Below, piece after piece: positions 37,091 to 50,501 of a stretch of DNA of 64,000 bases (position 1 is the first letter of the stretch; the number at the start of each line of letters is the position of its first letter). The notes beneath the pieces are model-generated. The model did not search any database, was not told the origin of the DNA, and saw nothing but the letters and a program-made list of their open reading frames with translations. The DNA is from Octopus vulgaris. Lineage: Eukaryota. The stretch covers positions 2,542,001-2,606,000 of the forward strand of contig OX597841.1 of assembly GCA_951406725.2 (NCBI GenBank). The letters are read 5' to 3'. The translations under genes and the position numbers were made by a program.

Positions 37091-37575
37091 TCATCATCAT
37101 CATCATCATCGTTCAACGTCCGTTTTCCATGCTAGCATGGGTTGGACAGTTCGACCAGGGTCTGGGAAGCCAGGAGGCTGCACCAGGCTCCAGTCTGATC
37201 TGGCACTGTTTCTACGGCTGGATACCCTTCCTAATGCCAACCACTCCGTGAGTGTAGTGGGTGCTTTATATATATGCATATTTTTGCATGCTAGCATGGG
37301 TTGGACGGTTCCACCGGGGGTCTGGGAAGCCAGGAGGCTGCACCAGGCTCCAATCTGATCTGGCAGTGTTTCTACAGAGTGGATGCCCTTCCTAATGCCA
37401 ACCACTCCATGAATGTAGTGGGTGCTTTATATATTACATATTTTTTCCATGCCATGGGTTGGACGGTTCGACCGGGGTCTGGGGAAGCCAGGAGGCTGAC
37501 CAGGCTCCAGTCTGATTGGCAGTGTTTCTTGGATGCCCTTCCTAATGCCAACCACTCCGTGAGTGTAGTGGGTGC
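37091..37575 (-). repeat. tandem trimer of the family E 3' end
   Basis: Three ~150-170 bp diverged units, each truncated near AGTGTAGTGGGTGC. Confidence 0.8.
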
Positions 37576-37722
37576 CGTGCCAGGGGAGGCTGACGAGTTC
37601 ATTTTCTTACTCCCACCCATATTCCCCTCTGGACGAATTTTGGTCAGTTGCTTTCGCACTTCAAAACCATGAGAGGAGCCTTTACAGTAAAAACAAAATG
37701 CAAATATTTTCAGAGAAAAAAC

Positions 37723-38138
37723 GGAATCTGTTTGGTTTGAACGGCAGTTTTTTTCTAGCGGTGTCATATGAAAATATCACCCATAATTATGACCCTAGTA
37801 TCGATCTATTGCATTTCAATCTGTTTTAGGGTTAGAGGTGGGGAGAAGGGTATCTTTTTTTCTTCAGAAATGTAAATAAACCGAATCTGTTTCTTAAACG
37901 AGGGACATATTCATACGGCACAGAATGTTTTTTCACCTCAATAGACGTCATTGATTGGTTGAAATTGCAGAAATTGAAGAAAAAAAACAACAAATATCTT
38001 ACAAACTATAGAATTTTCTTAATAAAGCCAAGAGAAAAAGATGTTTTATAAACACATTCTACCAGTATAGGAAATTTAAAAGTGTTTAGTTACGTGGAAA
38101 TTATTTTTAAAAAACTGCCGTTCAAACCGAAAAGATCC
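37723..38138. mobile_element. GGATC-TIR MITE
   Basis: Inverse of 19788-20209. Confidence 0.8.
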
Positions 38139-38325
38139 TTAAAATACATGTGAAGCCACGTATTAAAAACAGACAAAAAATAAACCATTTTTTTAATTTC
38201 TTTTTTTTTTCTTTCGCATCTCACGTGTATTTTCGAATTGTCGACGTAAGTTAAAGCGCACCGATACCGAAAGAAAGGCCGCAACGCGAGGAGTTAGCTG
38301 CCGTAAGTATGGTATGTAAAAGAGA

Positions 38326-38507
38326 CGCGCATGCGCAGTGAACAAACTTCCGTTTCCATCTTAACAAAAGATTGTCTCAGTGCTTGGGCTGCTCTTAATT
38401 GACTTTTAATTGAGTTTATAAAACTTACGATGCACGTTTATAATCCATTTCTCAACTGTCACATACGCTTCTAACGACACGGTCCTTCATCATACATTTC
38501 CGTAAGT
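38326..38507 (+). promoter_or_regulatory. candidate CpG-rich promoter and first exon of gene 7
   Basis: NRF1-like palindrome CGCGCATGCGCA, ETS ACTTCCG, donor-like CC|GTAAGT at 38502. Confidence 0.4.
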
Positions 38508-38589
38508 ATTAAACAGTGAAAAATCTTTACTCTTTTTAATAATGTCCAGTTTTTGACGTGTCGATTCTTTGTGCCTCTTGTATTTTTAT

Positions 38590-38660
38590 ATAATAATAAT
38601 AATAATAATAATTGTGTACAGTGCTCAGGTGCACTACAGCTCATCTAAAGTGTATATATA
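38590..38660 (-). mobile_element. CR1 3' tail
   Basis: Matches GTGCACCTGAGCACTGTA...(ATT)n at ~11990. Confidence 0.6.
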
Positions 38661-39085
38661 ATCAGGTTTCCCTCCATAGGATCCCCGAAGCTAGGCGCGC
38701 ATCGAGCTTCTAAGTACCCTGCACTAACCACCGCGGGGCTGAGGGCGAGGGACGACTGGACCCGCCTTCCAGTACGTGAGCCAGTCACAAAACGAAGACA
38801 AACACTCTCGGACATGACACCCCCGCAAAGGAGCGTCCACGACTCCTGCGGGGACAAATGATTCTACATTAGCACTGAGATGTCTATGATTTGTGCGCGA
38901 TTTGGTTGCTATTTCTAGCAGTGGAAGCTACCTTCTACACTCTCTATCGTTTCCTCTCAGTAATCAGGAATCGATTCCAAATTATCCCCTGGACCCAATT
39001 TCAAATTACCCCTACACTGGTCGCTGCAACTCCTCTACCATTTGGCTAAAATGGTAAATTGCAACGGTTGCAACCTTCAAGGACA

Positions 39086-39325
39086 GGTACTACTTAAGAA
39101 GCGTGGTCCCGGTGCGCGCAGTCGCGTACTCGCGCATCCGTGCTAGCTAGTCGTGACTAGTCGATCCTACAACGACTACCTAGCAAAGTAAATAAAACAC
39201 AAAATAAATCATTTTTTTTACACAAAGTAAATAAAAACAAAAACACAAAGTAAGGATCGACTAGCTAACGCGGATGCGAGAGAATGCGAGTGCGCGCACC
39301 GGGACCACTCTTCTTAGGTAGTACC
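39086..39325. mobile_element. GGTACTAC-TIR MITE
   Basis: TIRs GGTACTACTTAAGAAG...CTTCTTAGGTAGTACC. Confidence 0.75.
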
Positions 39326-39371
39326 CAAGCTGGAGTCAGAGTCAGTAAAACTATACAGACTCCGACAGCTT

Positions 39372-42300
39372 TCATCATCATCATCATCATCATCATCATC
39401 GTTTAGCGTCTGCTTTCCATGTTGGACGGTTCTACTGGGGTCTGTGAAGCCAGAAGGCTGCACCAGGCTCCAGTCTGATCTGGCAGTGTTTCTACGGCTG
39501 GATGCCCTTCCTAACGCCAACCACTCCGTGAGTGTTAATAATAATAATAATAATAATCATCATCATCATCATCATCGTTTAGCGTCCGCTTTCCATGCTA
39601 GCATGGGTTGGACGGTTCTACTGGGGTCTGTGAAGCCAGAAGGCTTCATCAGGCTCCAGTCTGATCTGGCAGTGTTTCTACGGCTGGATGCCCTTCCTAA
39701 CGCCAACCACTCCGTGAGTGTTAATAATAATAATAATAATAATAATCATCATCATCGTTTAGCGTCCGCTTTCCATGCTAGCATGGGTTGGACGGTTCTA
39801 CTGGGGTCTGTGAAGCCAGAAGGCTTCATCAGGCTCCAGTCTGATCTGGCAGTGTTTCTACGGCTGGATGCCCTTCCTAACGCCAACCACTCCGTGAGTG
39901 TTAATAATAATAATAATAATAATCATCATCATCATCATCATCGTTTAGCGTCCGCTTTCCATGCTAGCATGGGTTGGACGGTTCTACTGGGGTCTGTGAA
40001 GCCAGAAGGCTGCACCAGGCTCCAGTCTGATCTGGCAGTGTTTCTACGGCTGGATGCCCTTCCTAACGCCAACCACTCCGTGAGTGTTAATAATAATAAT
40101 AATAATAATAATCATCATCATCATCATCGTTTAGCGTCCGCTTTCCATGCTAGCATGGGTTGGACGGTTCTACTGGGGTCTGTGAAGCCAGAAGGCTGCA
40201 CCAGGCTCCAGTCTGATCTGGCAGTGTTTCTACGGCTGGATGCCCTTCCTAACGCCAACCACTCCGTGAGTGTTAATAATAATAATAATAATAATAATCA
40301 TCATCATCATCATCGTTTAGCGTCCGCTTTCCATGCTAGCATGGGTTGGACGGTTCTACTGGGGTCTGTGAAGCCAGAAGGCTGCACCAGGCTCCAGTCT
40401 GATCTGGCAGTGTTTCTACGGCTGGATGCCCTTCCTAACGCCAACCACTCCGTGAGTGTTAATAATAATAATAATAATAATAATCATCATCATCATCATC
40501 CTTTAGCGTCCGCTTTCCATGCTAGCATGGGTTGGACGGTTCTACTGGGGTCTGTGAAGCCAGAAGGCTGCACCAGGCTCCAGTCTGATCTGGCAGTGTT
40601 TCTACGGCTGGATGCCCTTCCTAACGCCAACCACTCCGTGAGTGTTAATAATAATAATAATAATAATAATCATCATCATCATCATCGTTTAGCGTCCGCT
40701 TTCCATGCTAGCATGGGTTGGACGGTTCTACTGGGGTCTGTGAAGCCAGAAGGCTGCACCAGGCTCCAGTCTGATCTGGCAGTGTTTCTACGGCTGGATG
40801 CCCTTCCTAACGCCAACCACTCCGTGAGTGTTAATAGTAATAATAATAATAATAATCATCATCATCATCATCGTTTAGCGTCCGCTTTCCATGCTAGCAT
40901 GGGTTGGACGGTTCTACTGGGGTCTGTGAAGCCAGAAGGCTGCACCAGGCTCCAGTCTGATCTGGCAGTGTTTCTACGGCTGGATGCCCTTCCTAACGCC
41001 AACCACTCCGTGAGTGTTAATAATAATAATAATAATAATAATCATCATCATCATCATCGTTTAGCGTCCGCTTTCCATGCTAGCATGGGTTGGACGGTTC
41101 TACTGGGGTCTGTGAAGCCAGAAGGCTGCACCAGGCTCCAGTCTGATCTGGCAGTGTTTCTACGGCTGGATGCCCTTCCTAACGCCAACCACTCCGTGAG
41201 TGTTAATAATAATAATAATAATAATAATCATCATCATCATCATCGTTTAGCGTCCGCTTTCCATGCTAGCATGGGTTGGACGGTTCTACTGGGGTCTGTG
41301 AAGCCAGAAGGCTGCACCAGGCTCCAGTCTGATCTGGCAGTGTTTCTACGGCTGGATGCCCTTCCTAACGCCAACCACTCCGTGAGTGTTAATAATAATA
41401 ATAATAATAATAATCATCATCATCATCATCGTTTAGCGTCCGCTTTCCATGCTAGCATGGGTTGGACGGTTCTACTGGGGTCTGTGAAGCCAGAAGGCTG
41501 CACCAGGCTCCAGTCTGATCTGGCAGTGTTTCTACGGCTGGATGCCCTTCCTAACGCCAACCACTCCGTGAGTGTTAATAATAATAATAATAATAATAAT
41601 CATCATCATCATCATCGTTTAGCGTCCGCTTTCCATGCTAGCATGGGTTGGACGGTTCTACTGGGGTCTGTGAAGCCAGAAGGCTGCACCAGGCTCCAGT
41701 CTGATCTGGCAGTGTTTCTACGGCTGGATGCCCTTCCTAACGCCAACCACTCCGTGAGTGTTAATAATAATAATAATAATAATAATCATCATCATCATCA
41801 TCGTTTAGCGTCCGCTTTCCATGCTAGCATGGGTTGGACGGTTCTACTGGGGTCTGTGAAGCCAGAAGGCTGCACCAGGCTCCAGTCTGATCTGGCAGTG
41901 TTTCTACGGTTGGATGCCCTTCCTAACGCCAACCACTCCGTGAGTGTTAATAATAATAATAATAATAATAATCATCATCATCATCATCGTTTAGCGTCCG
42001 CTTTCCATGCTAGCATGGGTTGGACGGTTCTACTGGGGTCTGTGAAGCCAGAAGGCTGCACCAGGCTCCAGTCTGATCTGGCAGTGTTTCTACGGCTGGA
42101 TGCCCTTCCTAACGCCAACCACTCCGTGAGTGTTAATAATAATAATAATAATAATAATCATCATCATCATCATCGTTTAGCGTCCGCTTTCCATGCTAGC
42201 ATGGGTTGGACGGTTCTACTGGGGTCTGTGAAGCCAGAAGGCTGCACCAGGCTCCAGTCTGATCTGGCAGTGTTTCTACGGCTGGATGCCCTTCCTAACG

Positions 42301-45300
42301 CCAACCACTCCGTGAGTGTTAATAATAATAATAATAATAATAATAATCATCATCATCATCATCGTTTAGCGTCCGCTTTCCATGCTAGCATGGGTTGGAC
42401 GGTTCTACTGGGGTCTGTGAAGCCAGAAGGCTGCACCAGGCTCCAGTCTGATCTGGCAGTGTTTCTACGGCTGGATGCCCTTCCTAACGCCAACCACTCC
42501 GTGAGTGTTAATAATAATAATAATAATAATAATCATCATCATCATCATCGTTTAGCGTCCGCTTTCCATGCTAGCATGGGTTGGACGGTTCTACTGGGGT
42601 CTGTGAAGCCAGAAGGCTGCACCAGGCTCCAGTCTGATCTGGCAGTGTTTCTACGGCTGGATGCCCTTCCTAACGCCAACCACTCCGTGAGTGTTAATAA
42701 TAATAATAATAATAATAATCATCATCATCATCATCGTTTAGCGTCCGCTTTCCATGCTAGCATGGGTTGGACGGTTCTACTGGGGTCTGTGAAGCCAGAA
42801 GGCTGCACCAGGCTCCAGTCTGATCTGGCAGTGTTTCTACGGCTGGATGCCCTTCCTAACGCCAACCACTCCGTGAGTGTTAATAATAATAATAATAATA
42901 ATAATCATCATCATCATCATCGTTTAGCGTCCGCTTTCCATGCTAGCATGGGTTGGACGGTTCTACTGGGGTCTGTGAAGCCAGAAGGCTGCACCAGGCT
43001 CCAGTCTGATCTGGCAGTGTTTCTACGGCTGGATGCCCTTCCTAACGCCAACCACTCCGTGAGTGTTAATAATAATAATAATAATAATAATCATCATCAT
43101 CATCATCGTTTAGCGTCCGCTTTCCATGCTAGCATGGGTTGGACGGTTCTACTGGGGTCTGTGAAGCCAGAAGGCTTCATCAGGCTCCAGTCTGATCTGG
43201 CAGTGTTTCTACGGCTGGATGCCCTTCCTAACGCCAACCACTCCGTGAGTGTTAATAATAATAATAATAATAATCATCATCATCATCATCATCGTTTAGC
43301 GTCCGCTTTCCATGCTAGCATGGGTTGGACGGTTCTACTGGGGTCTGTGAAGCCAGAAGGCTGCACCAGGCTCCAGTCTGATCTGGCAGTGTTTCTACGG
43401 CTGGATGCCCTTCCTAACGCCAACCACTCCGTGAGTGTTAATAATAATAATAATAATAATAATCATCATCATCATCATCGTTTAGCGTCCGCTTTCCATG
43501 CTAGCATGGGTTGGACGGTTCTACTGGGGTCTGTGAAGCCAGAAGGCTGCACCAGGCTCCAGTCTGATCTGGCAGTGTTTCTACGGCTGGATGCCCTTCC
43601 TAACGCCAACCACTCCGTGAGTGTTAATAATAATAATAATAATAATAATCATCATCATCATCATCGTTTAGCGTCCGCTTTCCATGCTAGCATGGGTTGG
43701 ACGGTTCTACTGGGGTCTGTGAAGCCAGAAGGCTGCACCAGGCTCCAGTCTGATCTGGCAGTGTTTCTACGGCTGGATGCCCTTCCTAACGCCAACCACT
43801 CCGTGAGTGTTAATAATAATAATAATAATAATAATCATCATCATCATCATCGTTTAGCGTCCGCTTTCCATGCTAGCATGGGTTGGACGGTTCTACTGGG
43901 GTCTGTGAAGCCAGAAGGCTGCACCAGGCTCCAGTCTGATCTGGCAGTGTTTCTACGGCTGGATGCCCTTCCTAACGCCAACCACTCCGTGAGTGTTAAT
44001 AATAATAATAATAATAATAATCATCATCATCATCATCGTTTAGCGTCCGCTTTCCATGCTAGCATGGGTTGGACGGTTCTACTGGGGTCTGTGAAGCCAG
44101 AAGGCTGCACCAGGCTCCAGTCTGATCTGGCAGTGTTTCTACGGCTGGATGCCCTTCCTAACGCCAACCACTCCGTGAGTGTTAATAATAATAATAATAA
44201 TAATAATCATCATCATCATCATCGTTTAGCGTCCGCTTTCCATGCTAGCATGGGTTGGACGGTTCTACTGGGGTCTGTGAAGCCAGAAGGCTTCATCAGG
44301 CTCCAGTCTGATCTGGCAGTGTTTCTACGGCTGGATGCCCTTCCTAACGCCAACCACTCCGTGAGTGTTAATAATAATAATAATAATAATCATCATCATC
44401 ATCATCATCGTTTAGCGTCCGCTTTCCATGCTAGCATGGGTTGGACGGTTCTACTGGGGTCTGTGAAGCCAGAAGGCTGCACCAGGCTCCAGTCTGATCT
44501 GGCAGTGTTTCTACGGCTGGATGCCCTTCCTAACGCCAACCACTCCGTGAGTGTTAATAATAATAATAATAATAATAATCATCATCATCATCATCGTTTA
44601 GCGTCCGCTTTCCATGCTAGCATGGGTTGGACGGTTCTACTGGGGTCTGTGAAGCCAGAAGGCTGCACCAGGCTCCAGTCTGATCTGGCAGTGTTTCTAC
44701 GGCTGGATGCCCTTCCTAACGCCAACCACTCCGTGAGTGTTAATAATAATAATAATAATAATAATCATCATCATCATCATCGTTTAGCGTCCGCTTTCCA
44801 TGCTAGCATGGGTTGGACGGTTCTACTGGGGTCTGTGAAGCCAGAAGGCTGCACCAGGCTCCAGTCTGATCTGGCAGTGTTTCTACGGCTGGATGCCCTT
44901 CCTAACGCCAACCACTCCGTGAGTGTTAATAATAATAATAATAATAATAATCATCATCATCATCATCGTTTAGCGTCCGCTTTCCATGCTAGCATGGGTT
45001 GGACGGTTCTACTGGGGTCTGTGAAGCCAGAAGGCTGCACCAGGCTCCAGTCTGATCTGGCAGTGTTTCTACGGCTGGATGCCCTTCCTAACGCCAACCA
45101 CTCCGTGAGTGTTAATAATAATAATAATAATAATAATCATCATCATCATCATCGTTTAGCGTCCGCTTTCCATGCTAGCATGGGTTGGACGGTTCTACTG
45201 GGGTCTGTGAAGCCAGAAGGCTGCACCAGGCTCCAGTCTGATCTGGCAGTGTTTCTACGGCTGGATGCCCTTCCTAACGCCAACCACTCCGTGAGTGTTA

Positions 45301-47168
45301 ATAATAATAATAATAATAATAATCATCATCATCATCATCGTTTAGCGTCCGCTTTCCATGCTAGCATGGGTTGGACGGTTCTACTGGGGTCTGTGAAGCC
45401 AGAAGGCTTCATCAGGCTCCAGTCTGATCTGGCAGTGTTTCTACGGCTGGATGCCCTTCCTAACGCCAACCACTCCGTGAGTGTTAATAATAATAATAAT
45501 AATAATCATCATCATCATCATCATCGTTTAGCGTCCGCTTTCCATGCTAGCATGGGTTGGACGGTTCTACTGGGGTCTGTGAAGCCAGAAGGCTGCACCA
45601 GGCTCCAGTCTGATCTGGCAGTGTTTCTACGGCTGGATGCCCTTCCTAACGCCAACCACTCCGTGAGTGTTAATAATAATAATAATAATAATCATCATCA
45701 TCATCATCATCGTTTAGCGTCCGCTTTCCATGCTAGCATGGGTTGGACGGTTCTACTGGGGTCTGTGAAGCCAGAAGGCTTCATCAGGCTCCAGTCTGAT
45801 CTGGCAGTGTTTCTACGGCTGGATGCCCTTCCTAACGCCAACCACTCCGTGAGTGTTAATAATAATAATAATAATAATCATCATCATCATCATCATCGTT
45901 TAGCGTCCGCTTTCCATGCTAGCATGGGTTGGACGGTTCTACTGGGGTCTGTGAAGCCAGAAGGCTTCATCAGGCTCCAGTCTGATCTGGCAGTGTTTCT
46001 ACGGCTGGATGCCCTTCCTAACGCCAACCACTCCGTGAGTGTTAATAATAATAATAATAATAATCATCATCATCATCATCATCGTTTAGCGTCCGCTTTC
46101 CATGCTAGCATGGGTTGGACGGTTCTACTGGGGTCTGTGAAGCCAGAAGGCTTCATCAGGCTCCAGTCTGATCTGGCAGTGTTTCTACGGCTGGATGCCC
46201 TTCCTAACGCCAACCATTCCGTGAGTGTTAATAATAATAATAATAATCATCATCATCATCATCATCATCGTTTAGCGTCCGCTTTCCATGCTAGCATGGG
46301 TTGGACGGTTCTACTGGGGTCTGTGAAGCCAGAAGGCTTCATCAGGCTCCAGTCTGATCTGGCAGTGTTTCTACGGCTGGATGCCCTTCCTAACGCCAAC
46401 CACTCCGTGAGTGTTAATAATAATAATAATAATAATCATCATCATCATCATCATCGTTTAGCGTCCGCTTTCCATGCTAGCATGGGTTGGACGGTTCTAC
46501 TGGGGTCTGTGAAGCCAGAAGGCTTCATCAGGCTCCAGTCTGATCTGGCAGTGTTTCTACGGCTGGATGCCCTTCCTAACGCCAACCACTCCGTGAGTGT
46601 TAATAATAATAATAATAATAATCATCATCATCATCATCATCGTTTAGCGTCCGCTTTCCATGCTAGCATGGGTTGGACGGTTCTACTGGGGTCTGTGAAG
46701 CCAGAAGGCTTCATCAGGCTCCAGTCTGATCTGGCAGTGTTTCTACGGCTGGATGCCCTTCCTAACGCCAACCACTCCGTGAGTGTTAATAATAATAATA
46801 ATAATAATCATCATCATCATCATCATCGTTTAGCGTCCGCTTTCCATGCTAGCATGGGTTGGACGGTTCTACTGGGGTCTGTGAAGCCAGAAGGCTTCAT
46901 CAGGCTCCAGTCTGATCTGGCAGTGTTTCTACGGCTGGATGCCCTTCCTAACGCCAACCATTCCGTGAGTGTTAATAATAATAATAATAATCATCATCAT
47001 CATCATCATCATCGTTTAGCGTCCGCTTTCCATGCTAGCATGGGTTGGACGGTTCTACTGGGGTCTGTGAAGCCAGAAGGCTTCATCAGGCTCCAGTCTG
47101 ATCTGGCAGTGTTTCTACGGCTGGATGCCCTTCCTAACGCCAACCACTCCCTGAGTGTAGGGGCTTTA
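39372..47168 (-). repeat. satellite-like array of ~42 x 186-bp units: family E 3' end plus (AAT)n(CAT)n
   Basis: Near-identical units; unit body matches the dispersed SINE tails at 5989, 9078 and 58220. Confidence 0.95.
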
Positions 47169-47242
47169 TTCTTTAATATAAACCAGTTACAACATATCGG
47201 CCAACTCAAAATACAAGTGTATTCATGTGCTTTATGAGATAT

Positions 47243-47737
47243 ACTCTTTTACTTGTTTCAGTCATTTGACTGCGGCCATGCTGGAGCACCGCCTTTACTC
47301 GAGCAACTCGACCCCGGGACTTATTCTTTGTAAGCCCAGTACTTATTGTATCAGTCTGTTTTGCCGAACCGCTAAGTGACGGGGACATAAACACACCAGC
47401 ATCGGTTGTCAAGCAATGCTAGGGGGAAACAACACAGACACACACACACGCACACATATATATATATACGACGGGCTTCTTTCAGTTTCCACTTACCAAA
47501 TCCACTCACAAGGCTTGGTTGGTAAGCAAGCTACTTACCATAGAGCCACTTCTGCGCCTATATGTATGTGTCATATAATATATACGACGGGCTTCTTTCA
47601 GTTTCCGCCTACCAAATCCACTCACAAGGCTTTGGTCGGCCCGAGGCTATAGTAGAAGACACTTGCCCAAGGTGCCACGCAGTGGGACTGAACCCGGAAC
47701 CATGTGGTTGGTAAGCAAGCTACTTACTACACAGCCA
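47243..47737 (-). mobile_element. SINE family C with partial internal duplication
   Basis: Reverse-complement copy with two head segments. Confidence 0.8.
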
Positions 47738-47927
47738 AGACCACAATCCCTTAATTATATAAAGAGGGAGTCCGGAGGTGCCAATAGTAAAGGTAAGGCT
47801 TTAAGCCACACACAACATTCTGTGATGTAAATTTTAATAAATTTAAAAGTTTGGTTTTTTCAGCTAAATGCTTATTTCTAAAGTTTATAGGAATGTAAAT
47901 TTTCCACTATTGAATCTGTATTTTTAA

Positions 47928-48149
47928 CCCTTTCGTTACTGTATTTATTTTGGGATGCTCTGTGTTTCTTTCAATTACTTTAAATATAATAAAGAATTTA
48001 GTAAAATAACTTAGTTATCATTCAGCTAGTGTTAGGAACATAAATTGTGACTAAGGTTTGGTGGAAGATTTTAATTCAGAACTTATGAAAACAAGACATT
48101 TGTACTCAGAGCCGGTTTCAGTCGGGTTGGTATTGAAAGGATTAAAGGG
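47928..48149. mobile_element. piggyBac-like MITE ~45 nt upstream of the gene 7 acceptor
   Basis: TTAA|CCCTTT...AAAGGG|TTAA; empty TTAA site in gene 6 (~33905). Confidence 0.8.
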
Positions 48150-48509
48150 TTAAGGCAGTCTCTTTATCTTACACTGTTGTTTCTTTATTATTTCAGAAAA
48201 TCAGATGACACTGACATAACTCAAGATACATCCTCAATATTTATCATCTTTAAAGACCGGAAGAGAATGATATACAAAGTAGATATACAGCACTGGTTCT
48301 ATAAATCTGTTGTAGATTTCTGTGAAATATTTTCTCTGAACTGAGATTATTATTAACAAAATTTTCATACATCACTGGCTGGAGTTTCTGTGCTGATTAA
48401 ACTTGGATAAATTTACAAAAGAATTATTGGACAGAGGTAAAACTGGAGTGAAAAAGATTATAAGGACAAAAACAAGAAAAATAGATTTTGTGATTTCAGA
48501 AGTAAAATA

Positions 48510-49828
48510 ATGGAAAAGAGTGAAAAACTTGACTTGATTTTACCAGGAGATGTGATAAAAAAGAGACGGGAAGGGTCATATAAATGTGAAATCTGTGAAA
48601 AGTCATTCTCTCTGGGAAGCAGCTTGAGTAGACACAAACGTCTTCATACTGGTGAGAAGCCATATCATTGTGATATCTGTGGTAAATCATTCTCTGTTAG
48701 TAATAACTTAACAATGCACATACGTATTCATACAGGAGAGAAGCCATATCACTGTCATATCTGTGACAAATCCTTCTCTCAAAATATTGACTTAAATAAG
48801 CACATTCGCATTCATACTGGGGAGAAGCCATACCATTGTGATATCTGTGGTAAATCCTTCTCTCAAAGTACTGTGTTAAATTCACACAAACGTATTCATA
48901 CTGGGGAGAAACCACATCATTGTGATATCTGTGGTAACTCATTCTCTCGAAATTATCACTTGACTACTCACAAACGTATTCATTCAGGAGAGAAGCCTTA
49001 CTGTTGTGATATCTGTGGTAAATCATTCTCTGCAAGTAGTAACTTAAATAAACACACGCGTACACATACAGAAGAGAAGGCATATCATTGTGATATCTGC
49101 AGTAAATCATTCTTTGTAAGTAGCCAGTTAACCAGACACAAACATATTCATGCCGCTGAGAAACCATTTCACTGTGATATCTGTGACAAATCATTCTCTG
49201 CAAATAGTGACTTAACAAGACACAAATTTGTTCATACAGGAGAGAAACCATATCATTGTGATGTCTGTGGTAAATCATTCTCTGTAAGTAGTTACTTAGC
49301 TGAGCACAAAAGTTTTCATACAGGTGACAAGCAATATCTCTGTGATATCTGTGGTAAATCATTTTACAAATTTAGTACGTTAACTAGACACATTCGTTGT
49401 CATACAGGGGAGAACCATTTCACTGTGATATTTGTAGTAAATCATTCTCTGGAAGTAGCGACTTTACTAAACACAAACGTGTTCATTCAGGAGAGAAACC
49501 ATTTCATTGTGATATCTGTGATAAATCATTCTCTCAAAGTTATAACTTAACTTGCCACAAACGTATTCACACAGGTGAAAAACCATATCATTGTGATATT
49601 TGTAGCAGATCATTTTCTACAACTAGAACTTTAACTTCTCACAAGCGTATTCATACAGGGGAAAAGCCGTATGAATGTGATATCTGTGGCAAATCATTCT
49701 CTCGAAGTAGTGACTTAATTGTGCACAAACGTACTCATACGGGAGAGAAGCCATATCACTGTGATATCTGTGGTAAATCTTTCTCTGAAAGTCGTAAGTT
49801 AAATAAACATGCATGTACCCATATATAA
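48510..49828 (+). pseudogene. C2H2 zinc-finger gene 7, 15 fingers, split by a 1-nt deletion at ~49413 (pseudogene, allele or assembly error)
   Basis: Two overlapping ORFs; GAGAACCATTT in place of GAGAAACCATTT; both halves otherwise intact. Confidence 0.8.
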
Positions 49829-50094
49829 GTACAACTGCATCAAAGTCAAAACTTATAATAAGGACAACCATATTAAGCTCGATTTAATGTAAGGGCAACC
49901 TTCTGCCTTTTAGCCATGACAGTAACAAATTCACTCAATGTGTCTCCCATTTTTTTGGTCCGTCTTTTACAACTGTTTGGCATTTGTTGATGCCAAACCC
50001 TTTACTTGCCCTGTTGGGATAATGTTTTACTCTAAAAATTCCTTTTATGTAAAATAAAATACTGAACACATCTATAACCACTATGAATGTTGTT

Positions 50095-50365
50095 TGTTCC
50101 TTCTTGAGCCATGTCTGGCTCATAAAGGCCGGTTTCTTGGCGTATGGGTTCCCCACCTGGACGGGACAAAGGTCCATCGCAGGTGAGCTGTGAGAGAAAG
50201 TTGTGGCAAAAGAGTCAGCAAAAGTTTCGCCATTACCTTCTGCTGGAGCCGCGTGGAGCTTCGGTGTTTTGCTCATAAACACACACACCGTCCGGTCTGA
50301 GATTCAAACCCGCGATCCCACAACCGTGAGTCCGCTGCTCTAACCACTAGGCCATGTGCCTCCAC
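50095..50365 (-). mobile_element. family F-related SINE with a different tail
   Basis: Head GTGGAGGCACATGGCCTAGTGGTTAGAGC on the minus strand. Confidence 0.65.
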
Positions 50366-50501
50366 GCTATGAATGTCTTCATATTGGAAAGGAGATACAG
50401 TGGTGTTTCGTAACAGCCTTCCAACTCTGTTTTATCGCACTACAGCCATCTCTGTGTTGGTGTGATAACTTACCTCTGATGTTCTTAATAAAAGTAATTT
50501 C

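Noticed and set aside
39372-47168. CRISPR-like repeat-spacer array
   Set aside because: Spacers are only AAT/CAT microsatellite, units are 186-bp SINE fragments, there are no cas genes, and the context is eukaryotic
39444-47237. 2597-aa ORF as a bona fide gene
   Set aside because: GTG start, derived from the antisense strand of a SINE tail, and frame kept simply by triplet-phased units; listed only as a low-probability finding
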